NCBI RefSeq assembly: GCF_006345805.1
Contig: NC_043002.1
Location: 92,194,001-92,258,000 of the forward strand
Direction of reading: 5' to 3'
Length of the DNA stretch: 64,000 nucleotides
Source of the DNA: Octopus sinensis
Lineage: Eukaryota
Position numbers and translations under genes: made by a program. Below are positions 12,667 through 25,492 of this stretch, piece after piece. Each line of letters starts with the position of its first letter. The stretch's first letter is position 1. The notes beneath the pieces are model-generated. The model was not told where the DNA came from. It did not search any database and was given only the letters and a program-made list of their open reading frames with translations.

Positions 12667-13710
12667 GCATGTGTATATGTTTGTGTGTGTGTGTTTGCTC
12701 CCTCGAACATCGCTTGACAACCAATGCTGCTGTGTATACGTCCCCATAACTTAGCGGTTCGGCAAAAAGAGCTAGATAGAATAAGTACTAGACTTACAAA
12801 GAATAAGTTCTGGAGTTGATTTGCTCGACTAAAGGCGGTGCTCCAGCATGGCCACTGTCAAATGACTGAAATAAGTAAAAGAGAATAAAGAGAGTAAACA
12901 ATATCACTACCAAATTGCTTAGTGGCATTTTAAACATCTTTGTTCTGAGTTCAAATTCTACCAAGGATGTCTCTACTTTTCATGTTTTTCGCATTGATAA
13001 AAATAAGTGCCAACTGAGCACTGGAGTTGATGTGATCAACTTAACCCTCCCTTAAAATTGCTGGCTTTGTGCCAACATTTGAAACCAGTATTACTGCCAC
13101 AGATAATTCAACTATTATTAAAAACTTCATAGTCCTCCTGTCATGGTTAACAACATTACTATTATTACCATCAGGGTGTTTCTACCACAGTTAATAGCAC
13201 AGCTATTTATTGCAACCGTCAATGTTGTTACAAGAAATAATCAAAAAAGGTAAAAAAAAAAGAAAAGGATCAAGGGTCCATTCTGATCCACAGGCTCATA
13301 AGGCTGGCTTCCAGGATTTTCTCTTTTTTTTCTCTTTTACTTGTTTCAGTCATTTGACTGCGGCCATGCTGGAGCACCGCCTTTAGTCGAGCAAATCGAC
13401 CACGGGACTTATTCTTTGTAAGCCCAGTACTTATTCTATCGGTCTCTTTTGCCGAACCACTAAGTAACGGGGACATAAACACACCAGCATCGGTTGTCAA
13501 GCGATATTGGGGGGACAAACATACATGCACACACACACACATATATATATATATATACATATATACGACGGGCTTCTTTCAGTTTCCGTCTACCAAATCC
13601 ACTCACAAGGCTTTGGTCGGCCTGAGGCTACAGTAGAAGACACTTGCCCAAGGTGCCACGCAGTGGGACTGAACCCGGAACCATGTGGTTGGTAAACAAG
13701 CTACTTACCA
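12465..13710. mobile_element. Inverted SINE-B pair (12465-12900 +, 13320-13710 -) with a SINE-A between them
   Basis: Head, internal microsatellite and tail are recognisable in both copies. Confidence 0.8.
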
Positions 13711-14127
13711 CACAGCCACTCCTGCGCCTATTCTGTGGCTTATATATACTCCCACTGGACAGGATGCCAGTCTGTCTTAGGAATACTCATTTTTGCCAGC
13801 TGAGTGGACTGGAGCAATGTGAAACTAAGTGTTTTGTTCAAGAATACAACACGTTGCCCAGCACAGGAATTGAAACAGCAATTTTATGATCATGAGTGCA
13901 ACTCACTACCCACTTAGCCAAGCACCTCCATACAAGAAATAATAGTACTGCTATTACACCATCAACAGTGTAACTACCACAGTGTTACTAACACCATAAC
14001 ACTACTACAATTGTTATCCTCATATTATTACTCCCACACAGGGCCAGATTAAGGTCCATAGAGGCCCTAAGCAGTTAAACGATTTTGGTCCCCTATACTG
14101 ATATAATTCAAAATATAATCAATAATC

Positions 14128-14786
14128 ACGTGACCGACCAGGCCATCAGATGTTGCTACACATCGCTGGTCACAATGTGCTTCGCATTGTTTTAGCCTTC
14201 AAATGACGCCACCCTGCTGGCTAAGCGAGCAGGCCAACAGAAGAAAGAGTGAGAGAAAGTTGTGGTGAAAGAGTACAGCAGGGGTCACCACCACCCTTTG
14301 CCGGAGCCTCGTGGAGCTTTAGGTGTTTTCACTCAATAAACACTCACAGCGCCTGGTCTGGGAATCAAAACCGCGATTCTACGACTGCGAGTCCGCTGCC
14401 CTAACTACTGGGCCATTGCGCCTCACACACATAACCAACAATAAACCATAAAATATATTTTTATCTTCTAAAATGAAGCAAAACAAACAATGCAATGGAA
14501 AAAAAAAACGTTTATATCATTTTTATTTTTATCTTTTCCTTTTATTTGTTTCAGTCACTAGACTGCAGCCATGCTGGAGCACCACCTACAACAATTTTTT
14601 AGTCAAATGAATGAAACCCGGTAACACATTTTTATTGAGCCTGATACTTATTCCATTGATCTCTTTTGCCAAACCTTTAAGTTACAGGGACATAAATACA
14701 ACAACACCGGTTGTCAAGCAGTGATGGGGGACAAACTTAAACATGAACACACACACACACACACACATAAAAACATATGTATATAC

Positions 14787-14820
<34 letters not shown>

Positions 14821-15120
14821 CGCAATGGCCCAGTGGTTAGGGCAGCGGACTCATGGTTGTAGGATCATGGTTTCGATTCCCAGACCTGGCATTGTGAGTG
14901 TTTATTGAGTGAAAATACCTAAAGCTCCACGAGGCTCTGGCAGGGGGTGGTGGCGATCCCTGCTGTAGTCTTTCGCCACAACTTTCTCTCACTCTTTCTT
15001 CTGTTAGCCTACTCGCTTAACCAGCGGTGTGACATCATTTGAAGGCTAAAACAATGCGAAGTGCATTGTGACTAGTGATGTGTAGCAACATCTGATAGCC
15101 TGGTCGGTCACGGTGATCAT
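14128..15120. mobile_element. Inverted SINE-C2 pair (14128-14425 -, 14815-15120 +)
   Basis: Head GGCGCAATGGCCCAGTGGTTAGGGCAGCGGACTC; tail ...GCAACATCTGATGGCCTGGTCGGTCACG. Confidence 0.8.
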
Positions 15121-16282
15121 GGTAATATATATGTATGTATATATGTATGTATGTATATATGTATGTATGTCTCTTTTTCTCTTTTTTCTTTTATACACAT
15201 ATATACAACAGGCTTCTTTCATTTTCTGTCTACCAAATTCACCCACAAGGCTTTGGTCAGCCCGAGGCTATAGAAGAAGATGCTTGCCTAAAGTGCCACA
15301 CAATGGAACAGAACCCAGAACCATGTGGTTGGGAAGCAAGCTTCCTACTACATCCATCTATTTAAATCTGAAGAGTTTTCTCCTACTTTTTTTGATTTCA
15401 AAGTCTTTGATTAACTCCTCATTAATAACACCATGAAAACTCCAAAATTATATTTCCAATCATAAAACCCTTCAAATATTATTTTAACAAGTTTGAAGTG
15501 ATTTTTATTCTGTAAGCCATTTACCATTTCTGTGGTGCCCCACTTCCTTTAATGCCCTCAGCATGTACTTATTTTGTATAATGGTTAACCCAGCACAACT
15601 CCCACAGTAATTACCATTTTTATTACAACTAACACTGTTTAACTGACACAGTTTAACCATTGCTGCTTGCAAACCTCACAATATTACTACAAGAAACAAC
15701 AACCCCAAATAGAGTCAGTAATACTTAATAAGATTTACTGATACAGCCATTACAGTGTTAATTTCACAGTTAATACTATAAATATTACAAACACCTCTTT
15801 ATTGCTACCACATTTAATAACTATTATTATTATATTCAAATACAGTGATATTTCTTGACTTAATATCATTACTATTATATCTATCAAAGTTATGATGTCA
15901 CTACTGTAAATGTGTTATTCCCAGAGTTGATGTCCTTACTAAACCATCACAGTGTTATTACCATAGTTGATTCATCATCATCATCATCTCATCATCATCG
16001 TCGTCGTCGTCATCATCACCATCACCATTTAATGTCCATTTCCCATACTCACATATGGTTGGACAATTTGACGGGATCTTGCAAGCTGTGTCAGGCTACG
16101 TCAGGCTCCAGTATAATATGGAAGTCCCCTCTGCTGACTGGGTGGTTGGTGTTAAGAAGGGCATCCAAACATAAAAATCTGTGCCAAAAAACACATACAG
16201 AAGTCTGGTGCAGTCTTCTGTCTGGCCAACACCTGTCAACACCTGTCCAGTCCATGCTAGCATGAAAAGAAGACATTAAATA

Positions 16283-16313
<31 letters not shown>

Positions 16314-16809
16314 CGATGACGATGACGACGACGACGGACGACGACGACGACGACGACGGTGGTGGTGGTGATGAGGATGATAACAAAAGCCACAAGTCTT
16401 CTTAAATACTGCTATGCAGGGTTTTATTTAACAAGACATGCATTTTTTCTTATACTCCCTTAGCTGATCAAGGGCTAATTTACTTGTTGAAGCCTAACCA
16501 CATCATCATCATCATCATTATCATCATCCAGTGTTTTAAATCCAGGTTTTGTCCCCATTAAGAGGGGGTGGCTAGATCTACCTCAATGCCATATCATCCG
16601 AAGTAGGCAGGTGCAGCCCACCCAAACATTTGGGCTGGCGTGTGCCCAATCTTCTTTTGCAATCATGAGGCTTTTTTGGAGCTGGATTTCCTACAGGGAG
16701 CATGCCTTTGCTTACCACCAACCTCAATTTCTAGACATGAGTGTTCCTGATACCAAGGCCTTTACATGATTTTTAAGAAATGTTGTGGCCCTCTATATAT
16801 ACCTATATA

Positions 16810-16994
16810 TATATTCGTTTATTCTTTTATTTGTTTCAATCATTTGACTGCAGCCATGCTGGAGCACCACTTTTAGTCAAGCAAATCGACCCCAGGACTT
16901 ATTCTTTGTAAGCCTAGTACTTATTCTATCAGTTTCTCTTGCTGAACCACTAAGTGACGGGAACATAAACACACCAGCATTGTTGGGGGAACAA

Positions 16995-17042
<48 letters not shown>

Positions 17043-17217
17043 CGAGCTTCTTTCAGTTTCCGTCAACCAAATCCACTCACAAGGCTTTGGTTAGCCCGAG
17101 GCTGGCTATAGTAGAAGACACTTGCCCAAAGTGTCACGCAGTGGGACTGAACCCGGAACCATGTGGTTCGTAAGCAAGTTACTTACCACACAGCCACTCC
17201 TGCACCTCCACACAGCC

Positions 17218-17255
<38 letters not shown>

Positions 17256-17921
17256 GTATATTTACATAGTTTCATTACTATTATAACTATCATAGTCTTA
17301 CTATAGTTACTAACTTTACTAATGCAACCGCAACCACCACAAATTTTGTAATAACCACTGTTAATAAAATTTTACTATAACATTCACCACAGTAATATTG
17401 TCCCAGTTGCTATCATCACACAGTCACAATCACAAATATCCAATAGTTACTACTGTAGTTATATTATTACTCTTACAACAACCACAGTCTAACTACAAGT
17501 GATAAGGCCATAACTATAACAAACATCACTTTATTACTACCACACTTAATGCTGTTTCTGTTACAACCATTACAGTCTTGCTATGGTATTTAAAACAATT
17601 TCTGTTACAGCGATCACATTGTCATTTTTACATTAATCTCATTTTTATACTAATCTCATTAGTATAACATCACAAGTTAATACAATTGACATTACAACTA
17701 TAGTAGTTGTACAAATATGGCTAATACCAATACTGTTTCAATTGTTACTGTGTTATTTGCACATGTAATAATAATGGTAAGTAGCTTGCTTACCAGCCAC
17801 ATGGTTCCGGGTTCAGTCCCACTGCGTGGCATCTTGGGCAAGTGTCTTCTGCTATAGCCCCGGGCCGACCAATGCCTTGTGAGTGGATTTGGTAGACGGA
17901 AACTGAAAGAAGCCTGTCGTA

Positions 17922-17993
<72 letters not shown>

Positions 17994-18195
17994 ATATGTT
18001 TGTGTGTCTGTGTTTGTCTCCCTAGCATTGCTTGACAACCGATGCTGGTGTGTTACGTCCCCGTCACTTAGCGGTTTGGTAACAGAGACCGATAGAATAA
18101 ATACTAAGCTTACAATGAATAAGTCCCGGGGTCGATTTGCTCGGCTAAAGGCGGTGCTCCAGCATGGCCGCAGTCAAATGACTGAAACAAGTAAA
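16810..18195. mobile_element. SINE-B copies (16810-17205 -, 17777-18195 +)
   Basis: Match to the SINE-B consensus. Confidence 0.8.
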
Positions 18196-18444
18196 AAAAA
18201 AAAAAATTACTATTATAATCATTGCAGTCTTCCTTCCACACTTTATGCTACTGTCATTAGAATTGGCTTGAACGTGGTGCTCCAGCATGGCCACAGTCAA
18301 ATGATTGAAACAAATACAAGAATAAAAGAATGATGGTTCATAAATACCTTTATACAATGTCATAAACATCACCATGTTGCTAACACCGTTAAAAGCAGTG
18401 CTATTTCGTAAATTACATTGTTACCAGCATAGTTAATAATATCA

Positions 18445-18965
18445 TCATCATCATCATCATCATCTTCTTCTTGTTATCCTCCTCCTCCTCCTTCTTCTTC
18501 TTTTTCTTTCTTTCTTCTTCTTCTTCTTCTTCTTCTTCCTTTTCTTCTTCTTCTCCTTCTTCTTCTTCTTTCTTCTTCTTCATCTTCTTCTATTTCCTCT
18601 TCTTCTTCTTCTTTTTCTCTTCTTCTTCTCTTTTTCTTCTTCTCCTTCTTCTTCTTCTTCTTCTATTTCCTCTTCTTCTTCTTTTTCTCTTCTTCTTCTT
18701 CTTCTTCTTCTTCTGATCTTTTCTCTTCTTTTTCTTTCTTCTTCTTCTTCTTCTTCTTCTTCTTCTTCTTTCTTCTTCTTCCTTTTCTTCTTCTTCTCCT
18801 TCTTCTTCTTCCTTCTTCTTCTTCTTCTTCTTCTTCTTCTTTCTTCTTCTTCTTCTTCTCCTTCTTCTTCTTTTTCTTTTTCTCTTCTTCTTCTTCTTTT
18901 TCTCTTCTTCTCCTTCTTCTTCTTTCTTCTTCTCCTTCTTCTTTCTTCTTCTTCTTCTTCTGCTT
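18445..18965. repeat. (CTT)n trinucleotide tract, ~510 bp
   Basis: Direct inspection; source of the K/E/R-rich and S/F-rich ORFs. Confidence 0.95.
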
Positions 18966-19369
18966 CTTCATTACAATCATTGTTTTATGCCTGCTTTTCA
19001 TGCTTGCACGAGGCTGGATGGAGTTTATTTTGGGCAGATTTTCTATCGCAGGACGTCCCCCACCCAACCCCCACTCCAGTTGCAAACACTTATCTGTTTC
19101 CAAGTGAGGTAATGTTTTTCTCATTGCCAGATGTGATTTCTTAGAATATTGGAAACAAATAACACTGCTTGTATGACAGTGACACTCATTTACAGCTATC
19201 ACGCAATGTCAAGCAATGTCAAGACAAGGACACACGCTCACACACACACATATGACAAACCTCTTTAAGTTTCCTTAAGATAAGTCCACACACAAGGCCT
19301 AGGGTTATAGTGGGAGACACTCAAAGTGCCATGCAATGGGACTGAACATGAAGCCATGTGGTTAGGAAG

Positions 19370-19525
19370 AAATACATACATACATGTATGTACATGTATG
19401 TGTGTATTTCTATATATGTATATGAATGTATATATATATATATGTGTATATATGTATGTATGTATGTATATATGTATGTATTATGTGTATGTATATGTAT
19501 ATATATATGCATACACACACACACA

Positions 19526-19561
<36 letters not shown>

Positions 19562-19828
19562 GTATGTATGTATATACATATGCATGTACGTGTAGTATAT
19601 GTATGTATATATATATATGCATGAATATATATATACATATGTATATGAATGTATATATATATATATATGCATATAAATGTATATGTATATAAATGTATAT
19701 ATGTATATGTATGTATGTATACATAAATGTATATATATATATGTTTGTATGTATATATATGCGTGTGTATGAGTGTTATAGATCTCTCTCTCTCTCTCTC
19801 TCTCTTATAGATAATATATATATATATC

Positions 19829-19902
<74 letters not shown>

Positions 19903-19935
19903 ATACACAACACACACACACAACATATATATATG
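19370..19935. repeat. Compound (TA)/(TG)/(CA)/(TC) microsatellite
   Basis: Direct inspection. Confidence 0.95.
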
Positions 19936-20131
19936 TTAGCACGACGGGCGAAATGCGTAGCCGTATTTCGTCGGCCGTTACGTTCTGAGTTCAAATTCCG
20001 CCGAGGTCGACTTTGCCTTTCATCCTTTCGGGGTCGATAAATAAAGTACCAGTTACGCACTGGGGTCGATGTGATCGACTTAATCCCTTTGTCTGTCCTT
20101 CTTTGTCCCTCTGTGTTTAGCCCCTTGTGGG
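19935..20131 (+). mobile_element. Young SINE-A, cut by the assembly gap
   Basis: CpG-intact match to the consensus, running into the Ns. Confidence 0.8.
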
Positions 20132-20231
20132 NNNNNNNNNNNNNNNNNNNNNNNNNNNNNNNNNNNNNNNNNNNNNNNNNNNNNNNNNNNNNNNNNNNNN
20201 NNNNNNNNNNNNNNNNNNNNNNNNNNNNNNN
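20132..20231. other. Assembly gap (100 N, size probably unknown)
   Basis: Exactly 100 N. Confidence 0.99.
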
Positions 20232-20600
20232 GAGTGAGTGAATGAGTAGTGAGTCAATGAGTGAGTTAGTAAATAATGTGAATTTCGAACACACCAGAGA
20301 TCAAAAGTGAGAAACTTTTCTACAGCAATCAAAACCATTTTTGGTTCTCTTCTGCCAATTGTAATCCCACTCAAGTCAGAAGATGAATCTACATTTCTAA
20401 GCCATGGGTAGAACATATACAAATTTTTCTTAGCACAGGTGATGCTGTGTGGTAAGAATCTTGCGTCCTAACCACATGGTCCTGTTTTAGTCCCACTACG
20501 TGACACCTTGGGCAAACATCTACTATAGCCTCGCCTGACCAAAGCCTTCTGAGCCCGTCGTGTGTATATATGTGTGTGTGCGTGCGTGTATGCATGTATA

Positions 20601-20639
<39 letters not shown>

Positions 20640-20819
20640 ATATGTTATATATATATATATATATACAGTATGTATATTTGTAGATATATTATATATATAT
20701 ATATAATATAGATATATATATAGGGGGGGGGGGTTACGAAAATAAACAAAAGACGAAGGCAGTGAAGTACAAACAAACAAATGTATTAGCATAGTGCTCA
20801 GGAATAGACATAGAAAAAG

Positions 20820-20857
20820 TCTTTTACGTTTCGAGCCTACGCTCTTCGACAGAAAGA
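20820..20857 (-). ncRNA. Minimal type I hammerhead motif, degenerate (A6U), Penelope-like context
   Basis: Minus strand TCTTT-CTGTCGA-A-GAGC-GTAG-GCTC-GAAAC-GT-A-AAAGA. Confidence 0.55.
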
Positions 20858-20916
20858 TACACACAAAAAAAACAAGGAGAGAAAAAAATGCGTGTAGGAG
20901 CTAACGATCTATCATA

Positions 20917-22140
20917 GGTCATCCCATAAGTTCTGTCCGAATTTTGAATAAAGAAAACAACTGATCAAATGTTATATTTAATTGAAATTTAATGAGCAAT
21001 GTACTTTCCCTGATTATCTATGACTTCCTTCCATCTATTTACAAGCTTTTTAATCCCATTCATGTAAAACTCTTTTGGTTTCAAAGTGAAGAACTCTGAA
21101 ATGTCAGTTTCGACCTCCTCCTGGCTTGCGAAAGTTATGTTCCCCAAATGATTCTGTAAACTACGAAACAAATGGTAGTCAGAAGGAGTAAGGTCGGGAG
21201 AATATGGTGGATGAGGAATTTTTTTCCCAACCAAGCTCTTCGATCTTCTGTGATGTGATCTTTGCAGTTTTGGGTCGCACATTGTCCTGATGAAACATCA
21301 CTCCTTTTCAATTCACTAAAGTGGGTCTTTTTTTCTTCAAGGCTTTGTTCAAACGCTCTAATTGTTGAGTGTAAACTTGAGCATTGATTGTTGTATTAGG
21401 TGGTAACAATAAAAAGTGAATTATTCCTTTGCAATCCCACCAGATAGAGAGAAGAACCCTTTTCCCGTGAAGTTCCCTTCTCGGTTGTGGTTGAGCTTTT
21501 TCCCGTTTACCAAGCCACTGTTTACGACGTTTAACATTTCGATAAAAGATCCATTTTTCGTTACCAGTCACAAGTCTATCCAAAAAGGGTGAAATGAATT
21601 CGCGAGAATAGAGAGAAGAGCAGATGTCAACTAGGGATTTGCAGTTGTTTTCAGACAAATCATGAGGCACCCATTTTCCAAGTTTAGGAACCTTTCCAAG
21701 TTGTTGAAGATGACGATGAACAGTTGTATAGTTTGAACTAAGCTTTATTGCCAATTCTTCAACAGATAATGCAGGATTTTCTTTAAGTAATGCATGAAGA
21801 AGCTTATCATCAAACTCAACTGGATGTCCTGTTCGATCTTAATCTTCAAGGCTGAAATCTCCACTTCTGAATTTTGCAAACCATCTTCTGCAAGTTCTTT
21901 CATTCAAGCATTCTTTCCCATAAATTAAGTGTATGTTTCGAGTCGCTTTGGCTGCAGAGTTTCCTTTTTAGTACTCATAAAGCATTATGTGCCTTAAATG
22001 CTCTTTGGATACTTCCATGTTAGAAAGGGTTTTAATCAAAGAAATTTTAATTCTATTATTTTGTAAAATAATATTTAATTAGTTTAAATGTACACAAATG
22101 CATAAAAATGATTTTTAATTCCATTAGACATTCTAAAATA
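20917..22140 (-). mobile_element. Mariner (Tc1/mariner, D,D34D) DNA transposon; only one TIR visible
   Basis: TA + GGTCATCCCATAAGTTCTGTCCGA at 20915-20940 downstream of the transposase; no matching TIR found upstream, so the right-hand coordinate is approximate. Confidence 0.85.
20989..22018 (-). pseudogene. Mariner transposase pseudogene (~343 codons)
   Basis: MEVSKEHLRHIMLYEY*...WVPHDL...VTGNEKW...HQDN...HPPYSPDLTPSDYHLFRSLQNHL...; three in-frame stops, a +1 frameshift near 21235, first catalytic D replaced by N. Confidence 0.92.
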
Positions 22141-22438
22141 CTATTAAATTTCATTCAGTTTCCTCCCTTCTTTCCATCAGGCTTGGAAGGCATGTAAATT
22201 GTCAGGTGTACCTTTGCTCCCCCCGATTAAAATATAAAAGAAAAAAGAAATTATATTGGTAGTTATTTTCGGTAGATATATAATATATAAATCTTTCCAG
22301 GCGTGGTTCGTAGGTACACGCGTGACTCATAGGCGCAGGCATGGTTGTGTGGCAAGACATTTCCTTCGTAACCATGGCTCTGGGTTCAATTCTGCTGCGC
22401 GGCACCTTGAACAAATGTCCTCTACTATAACCGTGTGT

Positions 22439-22472
<34 letters not shown>

Positions 22473-22635
22473 CGTGTGTATGTGTACGTGTGTGTTTGTC
22501 CACCACTACCACCGCTTTACGACTAGTGCCGCTTTGTGTACATCCCCGTAAGTTAGCGGTTCGGCAAAAGAGACCGAAAGGGTAAGTACCAGGCTTAGAA
22601 AAAGCAAATACTGGGGTTTAATTGTTCGTCTAAAT

Positions 22636-22862
22636 CAGTGGTTCTCAGCTGTGGTCCATATGGCCCTTGGTGGGTCCGTATAAAATTTTTGTCATTAAAG
22701 TTTATATGTAATGAATAGCTTATACTTCAATACACAATAAATTCCTAATAATATTGAACTATAATAGAGTTTTTAAAACATCGAATGGCTATAAAGGTCC
22801 ACTAACTCAAATAGAAATCGAAAGAGTCCATAGATAATAAAAGAAATGGTTGAGAACCATTG
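22636..22862. mobile_element. hAT-type MITE inserted in a SINE-B
   Basis: TIRs CAGTGGTTCTCA.../...TTGAGAACCATTG; 8-bp TSD GTCTAAAT/GTCTAAAC. Confidence 0.85.
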
Positions 22863-22929
22863 GTCTAAACCCTTCGGGCGGTGCCCCAGCATGGCCGCAC
22901 TCTAATGGTTGTAACAAGTAAAATGTAGA

Positions 22930-22957
22930 ATATCTGTATATCTATAAAATGCAGGAT

Positions 22958-23002
<45 letters not shown>

Positions 23003-23200
23003 TGTGTGTACGGGAATGTAATTTATGTACGTCCACAAATTAGCACGCATGTCACTCCAATTTTAGGAGGACATTTGTCAGAATCCTAGCTGGGTTTTGT
23101 CAATTTATTTTCCCCGAGGCACCCGCGGATAGCGGTAAAAATTGATTTTCAACGTAACTTTTACCACTTTTGAAGTTTGCTAACTTAGGTTAAGTACCCT
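22930..23200 (+). mobile_element. Helitron-like non-autonomous 5' fragment
   Basis: TCTGTATATCTATAAAATGCAGGATGTG(TG)n start; direct-repeat homolog at 23589-23835. Confidence 0.5.
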
Positions 23201-23588
23201 TCTTGCCATAGCAAAGTGAAAGTGTGTGTGTGTGTGAGAGGAAGAGAGAGAAGTTGTGTGTTGATGTATGTGTGTGCGCGAGGGAGAGAGAGAAGTCGTG
23301 TGTTGATGTATGTGTGCGTATGTGAGGGAGAGAGAGAAGTTGTGTGTTGATGTATGTGAAGGAGGGAGAGAGAGTTTGACAGCGTCTAACAAAAAAATGT
23401 AAAGAGAAAATGTGTGTAAGGGAGAGTTTGACAGTGTTCATCAAACATACAAATGTATTTTTTTTCTTAAACATGAGATATAGTATTCAAATTTAGGATG
23501 TTTTTGAACGACACTATATTTTATAATCAGATTATATAAATTTTCTCACACAACAATTAAAATATATTTATTTTAAATCACTTATTTA

Positions 23589-24223
23589 TCTATATCTATA
23601 AAAGGCAGGATGTGTGTGTGTCTGTATGTGTACGTTAATGTATATTATGCACGTCCACAAATTAGCACGTATGTCGCTCCACCTTTAGCAGGACATTGGT
23701 CACGACCATGGCTGTGTTTTTGTAACTTATTTTCCCCGAGGCACCCGCGGATAGCGGTAAAAATCGATTTTCAACCATAACTTTTACCAATTTCCATGTC
23801 GGTGAAATCCGTAAATTTGCTAACATGAGTTAAGTCCTCTGTCTAGCAATGACCAAAAAGAAAAACAAGGGGTAAATTTTTAGATTAACACCCGCACGAT
23901 TTTCACTAAGAAAAAAAAGCTCGGATTTTTTGCGTGGAAATCAAGTATCTTGACCGCCTAATATGCTGCAAATCCCTAATTTTGGTTCGGAAAAAAAGGG
24001 AAGAAGGTGGGGGAGGGGACCCCTCCCCCATCCCGGAATCATTGGCTTTTTTTTTCATTGAATGAATCCCTGTGGGGTCCAAAAAATGGGATGGGGTGAG
24101 GTGAAAGCCACGGAAATTTTACTCACTCCCAACATTTTACAGAAATAAATTTTGCAGAGTGAATTATATGGTTCGTTATTAAATATTACATATATATATA
24201 TAAATATTATATATATATATATA

Positions 24224-24283
<60 letters not shown>

Positions 24284-24502
24284 ATCCAAACAGAAAACAC
24301 AACAACGCGAGGACGTGGAACAAATATAGTATTTTGGACGCTCAGGAAAGAAGGGAAGAAGGAGGGTTTAACGTTTCGAGCGGAGCTCTTCGTCGAAACA
24401 TAGGAGAAGGGAAGACAGAGGGAAAAAAATCGCCAACGGTACACACGAGTTCTATATATATATATATATAATATATAGTAGAAATGTGACATTGATATTG
24501 TG

Positions 24503-24541
<39 letters not shown>

Positions 24542-25492
24542 TATATATATATATATACTATATATATATAGTATATAACATATATATCTATATATAATAT
24601 CGTGCAAACCTTCAACACAGCAGCTTCTCCAATGCATATCTTCGATACAGCTTTGACTGATAATACCCCTAGGATGGGTTAGGACTAGATCGGGATTAAT
24701 TGCTGCCTTTTGGAGGCTCTCGAGCCCCCTTTCGCTAGGTTAGCGTAGGCTTAGGTTAAGGCTTAGTTTTGATCCGAACATAACCTCTTCTGACATAGAA
24801 GATCGGAAGCCCTTTTGGGCGTTCTATTTTCTGTGCCGGAAGGGTTCCCAACCCATGGGCCAAGGGGGGTTTGATGATGAGGTGGTGGTTTCGAAAAGGC
24901 CGGCATGTGAAACCTGATCACCTCTTCCGATTAAAACTCCCAACCCATGCGTTCCCGTCGCGACACTGATTCTGCAGAATTGTGTTGGGTGTGAAAACTA
25001 ACTTTAAAGTATAAATATATATATATTTTTGAATCAGCAATGTTGTGTTCTGTGAAGTCCTATTTGAGGTGAAAAATCAATGAACTGATTCCTTATGGGG
25101 TTTTCCATTCAATCAGGATGAAAAATCGATAAGCTGATTCCTTATAGGATTTCCCACTAAAATTGCTACACCCCATTTTCAACCATAACTTACCAGTTTT
25201 GACGTATTTTGTTCAAACTCGATGCCGGCATTACTTAGGACCCATGGGATTTTTTAATGCCTTAAGTTCTCCATAAAAAAAGAAAGAAAAAGAAACAATC
25301 GATGAGTGGAAAGTTCGATAAACCGATTCCTAATGGGATTTCCCAGTCAAATTGTCTGCAACCCATTTTCAACCAAACATTTACCAATTTCAACGGATTT
25401 CGCTCAAATTCACGTCGGTGTTACTTAATTTGGTTTGAAACAAAGCGCTTGATTAGCTTAATAATCCTAACTTAATCTAGCTATACTGCTAG
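23589..25492 (+). mobile_element. Possible long non-autonomous Helitron with internal TTTTCAACCATAAC subrepeats
   Basis: 5' TCTATATCTATAAAAGGCAGG; subrepeats near 23770, 25180 and 25370; candidate end CTAG|T at 25489-25493, but no clear GC-rich terminal hairpin. Confidence 0.35.
24366..24399 (-). ncRNA. Minimal type I hammerhead motif, degenerate core, in a ~160-bp element flanked by (TA)n
   Basis: Minus strand GTTT-CGACGA-A-GAGC-TCC-GCTC-GAAAC-GT-T-AAAC; flanks resemble the 20.8-kb element. Confidence 0.5.

Larger units (their letters stand above)
6830..18430 (+). repeat. Ancient degenerate ~41-nt minisatellite forming the inter-SINE background
   Basis: Recurring CCATCACAGTGTTACTACCACAGTTAATACTATTATTACAA-like units near 7013, 9320, 10790, 13160, 13960, 15740, 15943 and 18360; 41-nt period measured at ~10795. 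Confidence 0.6.
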
